A DNA stretch of 64,000 nucleotides from Acetatifactor sp. (GCA_045124375.1 JBGVLR010000187.1:8848-72847); one strand, 5' to 3'. Shown: positions 18,959 to 29,335, counted from the stretch's first letter. Translations and numbers: made by a program. The notes: generated from the sequence alone by a model not told the origin.

Positions 18959-19732
18959 TTGAACGAAGTCAGAGTATATACCAAAAGAGGGATTACCGGC
19001 AGTACGCTGAAGCTGATCGCGCTGGCGGCCATGTTGATTGACCACATCGGAGCCGTTATTCTGGAACCTGTGATTTTTCAGAGTGCTTCGGCATATAACG
19101 GTCTGATGGTTGGGACAGAACTGCTTTACATAGATCAGATTCTGCGGCTGATCATAGGAAGAATCGCTTTTCCAATATACTGCTATCTTCTGATAGAAGG
19201 GTTTCAGAAGACTTCGAACAGATATCGTTATGCAGGACGGCTGCTTCTTTTTGCAATTGTCTCGGAAGTGCCGTTTGATCTGGCGATTGCAGATACCTGG
19301 CTGAGTACAAATTATCAGAATGTATTCTTTACACTGTTTCTGGGGTTTGTGGTAATGATTGGCGTGGAAAAAGTGAAGGAGTTCAATCTGAGCAAGTGGA
19401 TAACCGGTATTCTGGCAATCGGAATCCTTTTTGCCGGAATGCTGGCAGCAGATCTTCTAAATACGGATTATGGCGGATACGGTGTCTTATGTATTGCTGT
19501 GCTGTATTTCTTCCGGGGGGACAGGAAGAAGCAGATACTTGCAGGTTCTATTGCATTTGTAGCCGGAGATTATCTGTATCACGGAAGTCTGACGGAATTG
19601 CTGGCTCCGTTGGGATTCATACCGGTAGCATTCTATAATGGGGAAAGAGGACTTAAGCTTAAGTACGTTTTTTATCTGTTTTATCCGATTCACCTGCTGG
19701 TGCTTTATGGGGTACGTCTATTGATTTTATAA
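18959..19732 (+). CDS. TraX-family membrane protein
   Basis: LKLIALAAMLIDHIG, GRIAFP, SEVPFDL, QNVFFTL, YNGERG, FYLFYPIHL. Confidence 0.88.
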   Translation: MNEVRVYTKRGITGSTLKLIALAAMLIDHIGAVILEPVIFQSASAYNGLMVGTELLYIDQILRLIIGRIAFPIYCYLLIEGFQKTSNRYRYAGRLLLFAIVSEVPFDLAIADTWLSTNYQNVFFTLFLGFVVMIGVEKVKEFNLSKWITGILAIGILFAGMLAADLLNTDYGGYGVLCIAVLYFFRGDRKKQILAGSIAFVAGDYLYHGSLTELLAPLGFIPVAFYNGERGLKLKYVFYLFYPIHLLVLYGVRLLIL

Positions 19733-19750
19733 GGAAAGAAGGGAGTATTT

Positions 19751-20470
19751 ATGTTAGAGGTTTTGGGAGTATCGAAAAAATATGGAAAGCTGCTTGCGGT
19801 GGATAACATCAGCTTTCAGGTGCCGGACGGGACAGTAGGAATTTTGCTTGGGCCCAACGGTGCGGGGAAATCTACGGTAATCAAGAGTATCGCCGGGTTG
19901 GTTCGCTATGACGGAAGTATCAGGATTCAGGGGAAAGATGCAAGGGAGATAGAAGCCAGAAAGATATTTGCCTATGTGCCGGAGATTCCCAATATGTATG
20001 AGGCACTTACGGTAAGAGAGCATCTGGAATTCATGGAAAGAGCTTATGGTGTAGTTGTGACAAAACAGGAGAGGGAAAAGCTGCTTGAACGTTTTGAACT
20101 TCTGGATAAGCAGGATAAGCTGGGAAATGAACTTTCCAAGGGAATGATGCAGAAGGTAAGTATCTGTTGCGCCCTGATCATTAAACCGCAGGTAATTTTG
20201 TTGGATGAGCCTATGGTAGGGCTTGATCCTGCTGCCATCAAGGAATTGAAGCAGGTGGTACTGGAACTGAAAGCACAGGGGGTGACTGTGCTGATCAGTA
20301 CCCATATGCTGGAAATGGTAAAGGAATTGTGGGATGTTACTTTTGTCATGAATAAGGGGCATATTCTGGGAAGCTACACCAGAGAAGATGTAGGAAACGA
20401 AGATCTGGAGGAACTGTTCTTCTCTGTGACGGAGGGAAAACGTCCGGATTCAGAAGGGGGAGTGGAGTGA
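19751..20470 (+). CDS. ABC transporter ATP-binding protein
   Basis: GPNGAGKST, LSKGM, LLDEP, STH. Confidence 0.96.
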   Translation: MLEVLGVSKKYGKLLAVDNISFQVPDGTVGILLGPNGAGKSTVIKSIAGLVRYDGSIRIQGKDAREIEARKIFAYVPEIPNMYEALTVREHLEFMERAYGVVVTKQEREKLLERFELLDKQDKLGNELSKGMMQKVSICCALIIKPQVILLDEPMVGLDPAAIKELKQVVLELKAQGVTVLISTHMLEMVKELWDVTFVMNKGHILGSYTREDVGNEDLEELFFSVTEGKRPDSEGGVE

Positions 20471-22047
20471 TGAATGCCATTCTGTATCTGTACAGGCATA
20501 CGTTAGTAAACAGGCTGCGCAAGGCAATTCGAAAGCCGGTAACTTATGTATATCTGGCAATCATAATTCTGTACCTGTTCCTGATTCCTTTTTCGTTCAA
20601 GAGCATGTTCAGTGAGTTCCACATGGACAACCCACAAGGAATGGCAGCGGTGCTTACAGCATTTGCTTTCTGGGTGATCCCGGCGAATCTGATTGCCTAT
20701 GCCAAACGGAAAGGACTGATGTTTCGAAAGAGTGACACACATTTTCTGTTTACTGCACCTGTCAGTCCTAAGAAGGTGCTGCTATATTCTCATGTGAAGA
20801 ACCTTTTGGTGAATCTGTTTCTGAATCTGGCGGTATCATTGGGTGGTGCCTATATTTTCAAGGTAACCTGGTGGCAGATGGTGCTATACTTCCTTTTTTC
20901 CATGGTGGTGGAAAATCTGATGGAGAGCGGTATCATGCTGCTGTGCTACGGCAATCAGCGGCTGGGGGAAAAGGGCCGTGCACTTGTAGTAAAAGCCGCT
21001 TATGGATTAGTAGGAATTCTGGTGATAATTGCAGTGTCAGGATACATGAAAGAAGGATTATCGTGGGAGTTTGTTCTGGGATATCTCCACAGTGACGCAG
21101 TGCAGATGGTGCCGGTGATCGGATGGTATACGGCAGTGCTTCATCTCCTTTTTACGGGACCGACTGTTGTGAATGTGACCTGCAGTGTGTTGTATCTGAT
21201 ATTGCTTGTGGCAGTGTTTTGGGGAGCATTTCGGATGAAGTGCAACGGAGAGTATTATGAGGATGCCATGAAGTTTGCAGAGGACTATGAAGAACTGGTG
21301 GCAAGCCGCAGACAGGGCCGCAGTGATGTCAGAATAGGAAAGAAGAAGCATTTCGGCAGGGCGGAGGTTTCCTATCGGGGGAGCGGGGCTAAAGCGATTT
21401 TCTATCGTCAGCTGCTGGAATACAAGAAGAATCGTTTCTTTTTCTTTGATATGACAACGCTGTTTTGTCTTGGTGCAAGTATTTTCCTTGCCTGGCTGTA
21501 TCGTTCAGAAGGTGGCTTTGGAAACTTTACGAATTTCATGATTCCGGCGGTAATGGCTTATGTGGTCTTCATATTTACCACACTCAGCGGGAAATGGGGA
21601 GTGGAGCTGAAGTCTCCGTATACCTTTCTGATTCCGGATACGGCCTTTAGCAAATTATGGTATGCAACACTTATGCAGCATATTCAGGCACTCATAAACG
21701 GTACACTTCTGGCGGTCCCGGCCGGAATCGTAATGGGGCAGCAGCCTCTGACCATAGCGCTGTCCATTCTGATGTTCGTGATGCTCAATGCCTGCAAACT
21801 TTATATTCTTGCGGTGGCAGAGATCGCGGTGGGAAATGTCCTGGGACAGATCGGAAAGCAGATGTTTCAGCTGTTTCTGATGGGAATAGCGATTACAGTG
21901 GCTGTAATCGGCGGCTGTCTGGGTATGATGGCAGGCGGGCTGAACATGGCATATATTATGATAACAGTACTACTGGCCGGAGAAACTGCTATTTTCATGA
22001 CCATCGCTTCTTTGTGCTTTTACCGGATGGAAACGGTAGAGGGATAA
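20467..22047 (+). CDS. Putative ABC exporter permease
   Basis: Polytopic membrane protein coupled to the ATPase; YYEDA motif. Confidence 0.8.
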   Translation: MMNAILYLYRHTLVNRLRKAIRKPVTYVYLAIIILYLFLIPFSFKSMFSEFHMDNPQGMAAVLTAFAFWVIPANLIAYAKRKGLMFRKSDTHFLFTAPVSPKKVLLYSHVKNLLVNLFLNLAVSLGGAYIFKVTWWQMVLYFLFSMVVENLMESGIMLLCYGNQRLGEKGRALVVKAAYGLVGILVIIAVSGYMKEGLSWEFVLGYLHSDAVQMVPVIGWYTAVLHLLFTGPTVVNVTCSVLYLILLVAVFWGAFRMKCNGEYYEDAMKFAEDYEELVASRRQGRSDVRIGKKKHFGRAEVSYRGSGAKAIFYRQLLEYKKNRFFFFDMTTLFCLGASIFLAWLYRSEGGFGNFTNFMIPAVMAYVVFIFTTLSGKWGVELKSPYTFLIPDTAFSKLWYATLMQHIQALINGTLLAVPAGIVMGQQPLTIALSILMFVMLNACKLYILAVAEIAVGNVLGQIGKQMFQLFLMGIAITVAVIGGCLGMMAGGLNMAYIMITVLLAGETAIFMTIASLCFYRMETVEG

Positions 22048-22083
22048 TATGTGAAAGTGATAAAAATGTGAAGGTGATAAAAG

Positions 22084-22112
22084 AGGCTGCCTGCAAAATT
22101 TGCAGACAGCCT
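22084..22112. terminator. Hairpin between convergent genes
   Basis: AGGCTGCCTGCAAA-A-TTTGCAGACAGCCT. Confidence 0.7.
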
Positions 22113-22134
22113 AAAATTTATTTTACGGATATAG

Positions 22135-22704
22135 TTAACCGAGGATTCCGAGGTGCTCCAGCAGAATCTTGATGCCCATGAGGATCAGGATAATACCGCC
22201 TGCTAATTCGGCTTTAGATTTGTAACGGATTCCAAACACATTGCCGATCTTCACACCGGTCATGGATAAAAGGAATGTGATGATTCCGATAAAGCAGACT
22301 GCGGGGATGATGTCAACCTGCAGGAAAGCAAAGGTAACACCTACGGCAAGAGCATCGATACTGGTAGCTACGGCCAAAAGGAACATGGTCTTAAAAGCAA
22401 GAGAGTCATCCTGGCATTCTTCTTCTTTGCCCAGAGCTTCTTTGATCATGGAAAGGCCGATCAGAGACAATAATACGAAAGCAATCCAGTGGTCAATGGA
22501 AGTAATATAACTTTCAAACTGGCTGCCCAGCAGATAACCGATGGCTGGCATCAGCGCCTGGAAACCGCCGAACCATAACCCGACGATACCGGCTTTCTTC
22601 AGGGTGATCTTCTTCATTGCCAGACCCTTACAGATGGACACGGCGAATGCATCCATGGATAATCCTACAGCGATGATGAACAAACTAAAAGTACTCATTT
22701 TCAT
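22135..22704 (-). CDS. mntP: Manganese efflux pump MntP
   Basis: [10 protein letters not shown] and [10 protein letters not shown] motifs; upstream Mn riboswitch. Confidence 0.95.
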   Translation of the reverse strand: MKMSTFSLFIIAVGLSMDAFAVSICKGLAMKKITLKKAGIVGLWFGGFQALMPAIGYLLGSQFESYITSIDHWIAFVLLSLIGLSMIKEALGKEEECQDDSLAFKTMFLLAVATSIDALAVGVTFAFLQVDIIPAVCFIGIITFLLSMTGVKIGNVFGIRYKSKAELAGGIILILMGIKILLEHLGILG

Positions 22705-22721
22705 TTTCTCCTTTCAAGTAT

Positions 22722-22912
22722 ACAAAAAAACTCACGGACAATAAACGGCATGTGCCGCTATTGTCCATGAGTCTCATTATCACATTCCCTCTCAATCCAT
22801 ATCGTATCTTCAATGGAAAAACAAGGACGATGCTTAGACAATGCCAGATGTACCGGACATCATTATGTTGACATTGCCGCGGCTGCTGCCGCCAACTACT
22901 CCCTCACAGGAT
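22722..22912 (-). ncRNA. yybP-ykoY (Mn2+) riboswitch with intrinsic terminator
   Basis: Minus strand GAGGGAGTAG...GTCAACATA...GAGACTCATGG, then stem CTCATGGACAATA/TATTGTCCGTGAG + T7; upstream of mntP. Confidence 0.88.
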
Positions 22913-22995
22913 GTATGCAAGTGAATTTATCATATACTACTCGGTAAAATTTGTCAATAAGAAAATTGAAGTTGCACCCTTTCCCAAATAAAAGT

Positions 22996-23020
22996 GACCG
23001 GTAAGATTACCTTACCGGTC
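22996..23020 (-). terminator. Hairpin after the cold-shock gene
   Basis: GACCGGTAAG-ATTAC-CTTACCGGTC. Confidence 0.7.
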
Positions 23021-23038
23021 TGGATTCTCCTGATGCAA

Positions 23039-23254
23039 TTAAGCTACAACAGTAACGTTGGTAGCGCGTACTTTGCTGCTGTTCTGAGGATCGCACTCTG
23101 TTTCGAAAGTAACTTTCTGACCTTCTTCCAGAGACTTGAAGCCCTGAGCGTTGATAGCAGAGAAATGTACGAAAACTTCCTCGCCGTTAGCATCGTTGGT
23201 GATGAAACCGTAGCCCTTCTGAGCATTGAACCACTTAACTGTACCATTATTCAT
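23039..23254 (-). CDS. Cold-shock protein (CspA family)
   Basis: GTVKWFN, KGYGFI (RNP1), VFVHFS (RNP2); AAGGAGGAG RBS. Confidence 0.97.
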   Translation of the reverse strand: MNNGTVKWFNAQKGYGFITNDANGEEVFVHFSAINAQGFKSLEEGQKVTFETECDPQNSSKVRATNVTVVA

Positions 23255-23318
23255 AATAATCTCCTCCTTGGAAATGGGACGATGTCCCGTTAATGTTGGT
23301 GATTCTAAAACGTAGGAC

Positions 23319-23383
23319 AAAAAAATCACATATTTTTGTAAACCATCATTAAAAGTAACAATGACTTACAAAAATATGTGAGT
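23319..23383 (-). promoter_or_regulatory. Terminator-like hairpin in the csp 5' leader
   Basis: TCACATATTTTTGTAA...TTACAAAAATATGTGA then a T-run on the minus strand; TTGACA-18-TATACT at 23413-23442. Confidence 0.65.
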
Positions 23384-23576
23384 TCAATGACTTTCATTTA
23401 GAATACAGTTGCAGTATACCACCGGGCTGGGCGGTGTGTCAACAATTTTTTGAATAATTTGTACGGGGCTTGGAGAGTGCGAAAGGCATGAGGTGCCGCT
23501 ATAAAATTTAGTACTCGTGAATAAAAAATCGTGGTTTGGCGGAAAGTAATTGGAAAGAAGGAAAGAGGTGGTTTTT

Positions 23577-24257
23577 ATGGAATTGGTTGTGAATGTTTGG
23601 TGCTCAGCAGTGTTCTTTCTGGCGGGGTTGTTGATTGGGAGATTTGGATGGAGCAAAGGGAAGGAAGATGAGAGAGAGGAACGTAGCGGCTGGGAAGAGG
23701 ATGGTGCTGGGAGAGATGGAAAGGGAATGAAGGGGAAGGGTGAAGAGGATGAACTTGGGAGGAATGGGAAGAGTGGCAATAGGAGAGGAGGTAAGAAAGG
23801 CGGTGTTCCAGGGGAGAAGAGGATTTCGCTGGGATGGACTGTGGGGAGTCCGGTGTCCGGAGAGGTGTGTTATCTTCGGGAAGGAACCGGGAGAGGAGCA
23901 AGGATCATACCGGAACAGGGAATGGTATATGCACCGGCAGCAGGGAAGATTACGAAGCTGTATCCTACAGGAAACGCCATGCGTCTCAGGACGGATTATG
24001 GAATTGAACTTTTGATACAGGTTGGGATAGATACTGAAGAGCTGGAGGGGCGGTATTATCGCGCCAGGATCGTGCAGAATGAGATCGTGAATAAGGGAAA
24101 GCCGCTTCTGGAATTTGATATTGAGGGAATCCGGGAAGAGGGGTATGACCCATCAGTGGTAGTTACGGTAGTGGAGGCTAAGGACTACGGGAATGTGAGC
24201 GTGTGCGATAACCCGCGGGTGAAGGCGGGGGAAGACCTGATGCGGGTATGCAGGTGA
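23577..24257 (+). CDS. Membrane-anchored PTS EIIA-Glc-like protein lacking catalytic histidines
   Basis: SPVSGEV, VYAPAAGKI, GIELLIQVGIDT, VNKGKPLLEFD; N-terminal TM and G/E/K/R-rich linker. Confidence 0.85.
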   Translation: MELVVNVWCSAVFFLAGLLIGRFGWSKGKEDEREERSGWEEDGAGRDGKGMKGKGEEDELGRNGKSGNRRGGKKGGVPGEKRISLGWTVGSPVSGEVCYLREGTGRGARIIPEQGMVYAPAAGKITKLYPTGNAMRLRTDYGIELLIQVGIDTEELEGRYYRARIVQNEIVNKGKPLLEFDIEGIREEGYDPSVVVTVVEAKDYGNVSVCDNPRVKAGEDLMRVCR

Positions 24258-24261
24258 GTGG

Positions 24262-24495
24262 TCCGCTCATAGCATGCCAGATGTGTTCATTCATGCAAGC
24301 ATGATTCACACATCTATCATGCTATGGCTGAAGGCGAGACGTTCAGCCCGCGCCCATTCGCAAAGGCGCCCCTGCGGGGCTTTCCGCTGCTGCGCAGCTA
24401 CCTTTGCTCATAAGAGGGCGCTCCGCTCATAGCATGCCAGATGTGTTCATTCATGCAAGCATGATTCACACATCTATCATGCTATGGCTGAACTG
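24262..24495. mobile_element. Tandem copies of the MITE-like element, subfamily B (partial + near complete)
   Basis: 71-bp arm identical at 24262-24332 and 24422-24492; near-complete unit 24341-24495 bounded by GTTCAGCC/GGCTGAAC. Confidence 0.85.
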
Positions 24496-24586
24496 AAAAT
24501 TTATAATTTTTTTATCATTTGCCTATTGATTTCTGTGTTTGTTGTGTTATATTATCAATAGAACAAAGAAAAGGAGGGCTAATGTA

Positions 24587-27178
24587 ATGAACATTCAGAA
24601 ATTTACCCAGAAGTCCATGCAGGCTGTGCAAGGCTGTGAGAGTCTTGCCTATGAATATGGTAATCAGGAAATTGAGCAGGAACATTTACTTTACAGCCTT
24701 TTGACCATAGAGGACAGCCTCATTTTGAAGCTCATCGAGAAGATGGAGATTCAGAAGGAACATTTTGTAAACCGCGCAAAGCAGGCTATCGAGAAGCGCA
24801 CTAAGGTGCAGGGCGGGCAGGTGTATATCGGCCAGGCTTTGAATAAGGTATTGATCAGTGCGGAGGATGAAGCGAAGCAGTTAGGAGACGAATACGTATC
24901 CGTGGAGCATTTGTTCCTGGCTATGATTAAGAATCCTAATAAGGAAATTGCGCAGATATGGAAGGAATACGGAATCACCAGGGAGCGTTTCCTGCAGGCA
25001 CTTTCGACTGTAAGAGGCAATCAGAGAGTGACCAGTGACAATCCGGAGGCAACCTATGATACTTTGGAAAAGTACGGTCAGGAGCTGGTGGAAAAGGCAA
25101 GGAATCAGAAGCTTGACCCGGTTATCGGGCGTGACAGTGAAATCCGTAATATCATCCGTATCCTGTCCCGTAAGACTAAGAATAATCCGGTGCTGATCGG
25201 TGAACCCGGTGTAGGTAAGACAGCCGTAGTAGAGGGACTGGCACAGCGTATTGTCCGTGGAGATGTACCACAGGGACTGAAGGACAAGAAGATTTTCTCG
25301 CTGGATATGGGTGCCCTTGTGGCAGGTGCCAAGTACAGAGGCGAATTTGAGGAGCGTCTGAAAGCAGTGCTGGAGGATGTGAAGAACAGTGACGGACAGA
25401 TCATTCTGTTCATCGATGAGCTGCATACCATCGTTGGTGCAGGTAAGACTGACGGTGCGCTGGATGCGGGCAACATGTTAAAGCCTATGCTGGCCAGAGG
25501 TGAGCTGCATTGTATCGGTGCCACCACACTGGATGAATACCGTCAGTATATCGAGAAGGATCCGGCTCTGGAGCGTCGTTTTCAGCCGGTAATGGTAGAT
25601 GAGCCTACTGTGGAGGATACTATTTCTATCCTGCGAGGACTGAAGGAACGTTATGAAGTATATCATGGTGTAAAGATCATGGATAATGCGCTGGTGAGTG
25701 CTGCTGTTTTGTCCAACCGTTATATTTCCGACAGATTTTTGCCGGATAAGGCCATTGACCTGGTGGATGAAGCATGTGCTCTGATTAAGACGGAACTGGA
25801 CAGCATGCCTACAGAACTGGATGAGCTGCAGCGTAAGATTATGCAGATGGAAATTGAGGAAGCTGCACTGAAGAAGGAAGATGACAGGTTGAGCCAGGAA
25901 CGTCTGGAAAGCCTGCAGAAGGAATTGGCAGAGCTGAAAGATGATTTTGCCAGCCGCAAGGCTCAGTGGGACAACGAGAAGAACTCCGTAGAGAAGCTGT
26001 CTAAGCTGCGTGAGGAGATCGATGAGGTCAACAGTCAGATTCAGATTGCACAGAGAGAAGGTAATCTGGAAAAGGCGGCAGAGTTAAGCTATGGCAGACT
26101 TCCCGCCTTGAAGAAACAGCTGGAGCAGGAGGAAGAGAGCGTAAATGAGTCGCAGTTATCCCTGGTACATGAAAAGGTATCCGAGGATGAGATTGCCAGA
26201 ATCATTTCCCGCTGGACCGGTATTCCGGTAGCAAAGCTGACAGAGAGTGAACGTAACAAGACACTTCATCTGGACGAGGAACTTCATAAGAGAGTCATCG
26301 GTCAGGAGGAAGGCGTAACCAAGGTGACGGAAGCAATCATCCGTTCCAAAGCAGGTATCAAGGATCCTGAGAAGCCGATCGGCTCCTTCCTGTTCCTGGG
26401 ACCTACCGGTGTAGGTAAGACAGAACTTGCCAAGTCGCTGGCAGCAGCACTGTTCGATGATGAAAATAATATGGTGCGTATCGACATGAGTGAGTATATG
26501 GAGAAATTCTCCGTATCCAGACTGATCGGAGCGCCTCCCGGATATGTAGGTTATGAAGAAGGCGGTCAGCTGACAGAGGCGGTGCGCAGGAAGCCTTACA
26601 GCGTAGTGCTGTTTGATGAGATTGAAAAGGCACATCCTGATGTGTTCAACGTCCTGCTGCAGGTGCTGGATGACGGTCGTGTGACGGATTCCCAGGGACG
26701 GACCGTGGACTTTAAGAATACGATCCTGATTATGACCTCTAACATCGGAGCCAATTATCTGTTGGACGGTATCAATGAGGACGGTTCCATTAGGCCCGAG
26801 GCAGAAGAGATGGTTATGAACGATCTGCGCAATCATTTCAGACCGGAATTCTTAAACCGACTGGATGAGACCATTCTGTTTAAGCCGCTGACGAAAGATA
26901 ACATTGGCGGAATCATTCATCTGATCGTGAATGACCTGAACAGACGACTGGCCGATAAGGAGTTGACCATTGAATTGTCTGAGGAAGCCGGAGAGTTTAT
27001 CGTAGAGAATGCTTACAATCCGGTTTACGGCGCAAGACCTCTGAAACGTTACGTACAGAAGTATGTGGAAACTCTTGCAGCGAAATTGATCCTGGCAGAC
27101 CAGGTAAGAGAAGGGGATACGATTTTAATCAGCGTTGAAAATGATAATCTGAAGGCACAGGTGAAAGAAAGGCCATAA
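24587..27178 (+). CDS. clpB: Chaperone ClpB
   Basis: Two AAA modules ([16 protein letters not shown]), long M-domain coiled coil, GARPL. Confidence 0.97.
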   Translation: MNIQKFTQKSMQAVQGCESLAYEYGNQEIEQEHLLYSLLTIEDSLILKLIEKMEIQKEHFVNRAKQAIEKRTKVQGGQVYIGQALNKVLISAEDEAKQLGDEYVSVEHLFLAMIKNPNKEIAQIWKEYGITRERFLQALSTVRGNQRVTSDNPEATYDTLEKYGQELVEKARNQKLDPVIGRDSEIRNIIRILSRKTKNNPVLIGEPGVGKTAVVEGLAQRIVRGDVPQGLKDKKIFSLDMGALVAGAKYRGEFEERLKAVLEDVKNSDGQIILFIDELHTIVGAGKTDGALDAGNMLKPMLARGELHCIGATTLDEYRQYIEKDPALERRFQPVMVDEPTVEDTISILRGLKERYEVYHGVKIMDNALVSAAVLSNRYISDRFLPDKAIDLVDEACALIKTELDSMPTELDELQRKIMQMEIEEAALKKEDDRLSQERLESLQKELAELKDDFASRKAQWDNEKNSVEKLSKLREEIDEVNSQIQIAQREGNLEKAAELSYGRLPALKKQLEQEEESVNESQLSLVHEKVSEDEIARIISRWTGIPVAKLTESERNKTLHLDEELHKRVIGQEEGVTKVTEAIIRSKAGIKDPEKPIGSFLFLGPTGVGKTELAKSLAAALFDDENNMVRIDMSEYMEKFSVSRLIGAPPGYVGYEEGGQLTEAVRRKPYSVVLFDEIEKAHPDVFNVLLQVLDDGRVTDSQGRTVDFKNTILIMTSNIGANYLLDGINEDGSIRPEAEEMVMNDLRNHFRPEFLNRLDETILFKPLTKDNIGGIIHLIVNDLNRRLADKELTIELSEEAGEFIVENAYNPVYGARPLKRYVQKYVETLAAKLILADQVREGDTILISVENDNLKAQVKERP

Positions 27179-27189
27179 ACGGGCTGATA

Positions 27190-27226
27190 CAGACGGGGCT
27201 TTGGAGCAATCCAGAGCCCTTGTTTG
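27190..27226 (+). terminator. Terminator after clpB
   Basis: CAGACGGGGCTTTGGA-GCAA-TCCAGAGCCCTTGTTTG. Confidence 0.75.
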
Positions 27227-27302
27227 CTGTAACAAAAATGTGGCGTAAATTGTCAAGGTGTTATATAATAGAACATATTAGCGAGAAAGGAACAGGAACG
27301 AC

Positions 27303-28997
27303 ATGAACGATTTTAAATTTTCTACTTTAAAATACGAGCGCCCGGACTTAGAGTCTTTGAAGACGAAGGCGCAGGAACTGACTGCAAAGGTACAGTCTGC
27401 GGAGGACTATCAGCAGGCCAGAGCTTGCATGATGGAAATGGATGAGATTTCGAAAGAACTGACTACTACCTTCAGCATCGTGCATATCAGACATACCGTA
27501 GATACCACAGATGAATATTATGAGAAAGAGAACGAGTACCTGAATGAGACGTATCCTACCGTGATGCCTTATCTGATCGCCTTGAACCAGGCATTTATGG
27601 GAAGCAAGTTTAAGGCCGACTTTGAGGCAGAGTTCGGAAAGAAGATTTTCGTACAGATGGAGCTGCAGCAGAAGGCATTCTGCGAAGCCAATATTCCGCT
27701 GATGCAGAAAGAAGCCAAGCTGACCGATGAGTACCAGAAGATCATGGCTTCTGCAGCAATCGAATTTGAGGGACAGACGCTGAATCTTTACGGTATCCAG
27801 AAGTATTTTGAACATGAGGACAGAGAAAAGAGAAAGGCTGCTTTCCAGGCTTACTCCGATTTTTATCATTCTCATGAAGAACGGCTGGAGGAAATCTGGG
27901 ACGAGCTGATCGCCATCCGTAATGAGATGGGACGGAACCTGGGATTTGAAAATTATATTCCGTTGGGATACATGAATCAGGGCAGAACGGATTACGGTGT
28001 GGAAGAAGTTGCTTCTTTCAGGGAACAGGTGCGCCGGGAACTGGTGCCGCTGTGCCAAAAGCTGTATGAAGCACAGGCAAAGCGCCTTGGTGTGGATAAA
28101 ATCATGGTATACGATGAGAATCGTGTATATCCTGACGGCAATGCAGAGCCTGCCGGAGATGATGACTTCATGGTGGAGCAGGCCAGAAAGATGTACCATG
28201 AGATGAGCCCTGAGACCGGTGAGTTCATTGATTTTATGATCGATCATGAACTGATGGACCTGAAGAATAAGCCGGGCAAGGCTTCTACAGGATATATGAC
28301 ATATCTGCCTTCCCTGAAAGCTCCCTTCGTATTCTCCTGCTTTAATCATACCATCGGAGACATGCAGGTACTAACCCATGAGCTGGGACATGCGTTTGCG
28401 GGATATATGGCTATGCGTCATCAGCCCATTTCCGATTATTACGGGGTATCCACGGATATTGCGGAGATTCATTCTATGTCCATGGAGCAGTTCTCCTATC
28501 CTTATGCAGAGTGGTTCTTCGGAGAGCAGGCCGATAAGTTCCGCTTTGCGCATCTGCAGGATGCGATTACTTTCGTACCTTTCGGTGTGGCAGTGGACGA
28601 GTTCCAGCATATTTGCTATGCCCATCCGGAGCTGACACCTAAGGAGCGTACGTATGAATGGCATAAGCTGGAGGAAAAATATATGCCATGGCGTACTTAC
28701 GACAATGATGAATTTATGGAAAGAGGCGGATACTGGTATCATAAGCTTCATATCTACCTCTATCCTTTCTACTATATTAACTACACGCTGACCACTATGG
28801 GTGCCATGGAATTTGCAGGGAAAAATCGTGAGGATCACGAGGCTGCCTGGGCAGATTACAAGAAGCTTTGCAGCTGCGGCGGCAGTATGAGTTACAAAGA
28901 GACGCTGCGCTATGCTAATCTGGCGGTGCCTTTTGAAGAGGGAAGTGTGGCCAAGGCTGTTGCACAGGCAAAAGAAACTTTGCTGAGCCAGATGTAA
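27303..28997 (+). CDS. M3 family oligoendopeptidase
   Basis: HELGH zinc motif, AEIHSMSME, HIYLYPFYYINY. Confidence 0.95.
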   Translation: MNDFKFSTLKYERPDLESLKTKAQELTAKVQSAEDYQQARACMMEMDEISKELTTTFSIVHIRHTVDTTDEYYEKENEYLNETYPTVMPYLIALNQAFMGSKFKADFEAEFGKKIFVQMELQQKAFCEANIPLMQKEAKLTDEYQKIMASAAIEFEGQTLNLYGIQKYFEHEDREKRKAAFQAYSDFYHSHEERLEEIWDELIAIRNEMGRNLGFENYIPLGYMNQGRTDYGVEEVASFREQVRRELVPLCQKLYEAQAKRLGVDKIMVYDENRVYPDGNAEPAGDDDFMVEQARKMYHEMSPETGEFIDFMIDHELMDLKNKPGKASTGYMTYLPSLKAPFVFSCFNHTIGDMQVLTHELGHAFAGYMAMRHQPISDYYGVSTDIAEIHSMSMEQFSYPYAEWFFGEQADKFRFAHLQDAITFVPFGVAVDEFQHICYAHPELTPKERTYEWHKLEEKYMPWRTYDNDEFMERGGYWYHKLHIYLYPFYYINYTLTTMGAMEFAGKNREDHEAAWADYKKLCSCGGSMSYKETLRYANLAVPFEEGSVAKAVAQAKETLLSQM

Positions 28998-29008
28998 GGA
29001 GGCGTAAA

Positions 29009-29182
29009 ATGATACCGAAAGATCCGGTGATGCTGCTCAGTTTCGTGAATCTGAAGCTGCGCGATTATTATTCCAGTCTTGATGCTTTATGCGAAGATCT
29101 GGATGTTGAAGAGAAAGAGATTACAGACAAGCTGGCGTCCATTGATTATCATTATGATAAAGAAAGGAATCAGTTTGTGTAA
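29009..29182 (+). CDS. DUF4250 family small protein (57 aa, not in ORF track)
   Basis: MIPKDPVMLLSFVNLKLRDYYSSLDALCEDL...NQFV; AAGGAGG RBS. Confidence 0.88.
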   Translation: MIPKDPVMLLSFVNLKLRDYYSSLDALCEDLDVEEKEITDKLASIDYHYDKERNQFV

Positions 29183-29335
29183 TCAGGGAGAGTAAGATGG
29201 TTCCGATTATCAAGAAGTACAGCTTTATCAGGCACAATTTGAATAAAGCATGCTGAAATCTGCCGATTGTTTCGCACCTTGTTCTCCGGCAAACATATAT
29301 TAAAGTGAACGCAAAATATAAAGGTATGATGGTTC

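Noticed and set aside
18592-19047. Near-identical small ORFs at 18592-19047 and 63652-63840 suggesting a protein family
   Set aside because: Similarity is confined to the 165-bp element; these are read-throughs of the repeat.
18959-19732. TraX as evidence of a conjugative element
   Set aside because: No relaxase, T4SS or integrase nearby; stand-alone TraX-like genes are common in Clostridia.
23384-23901. Pro/Ser-rich minus-strand ORFs
   Set aside because: Antisense of the purine-rich linker of the EIIA-like gene.
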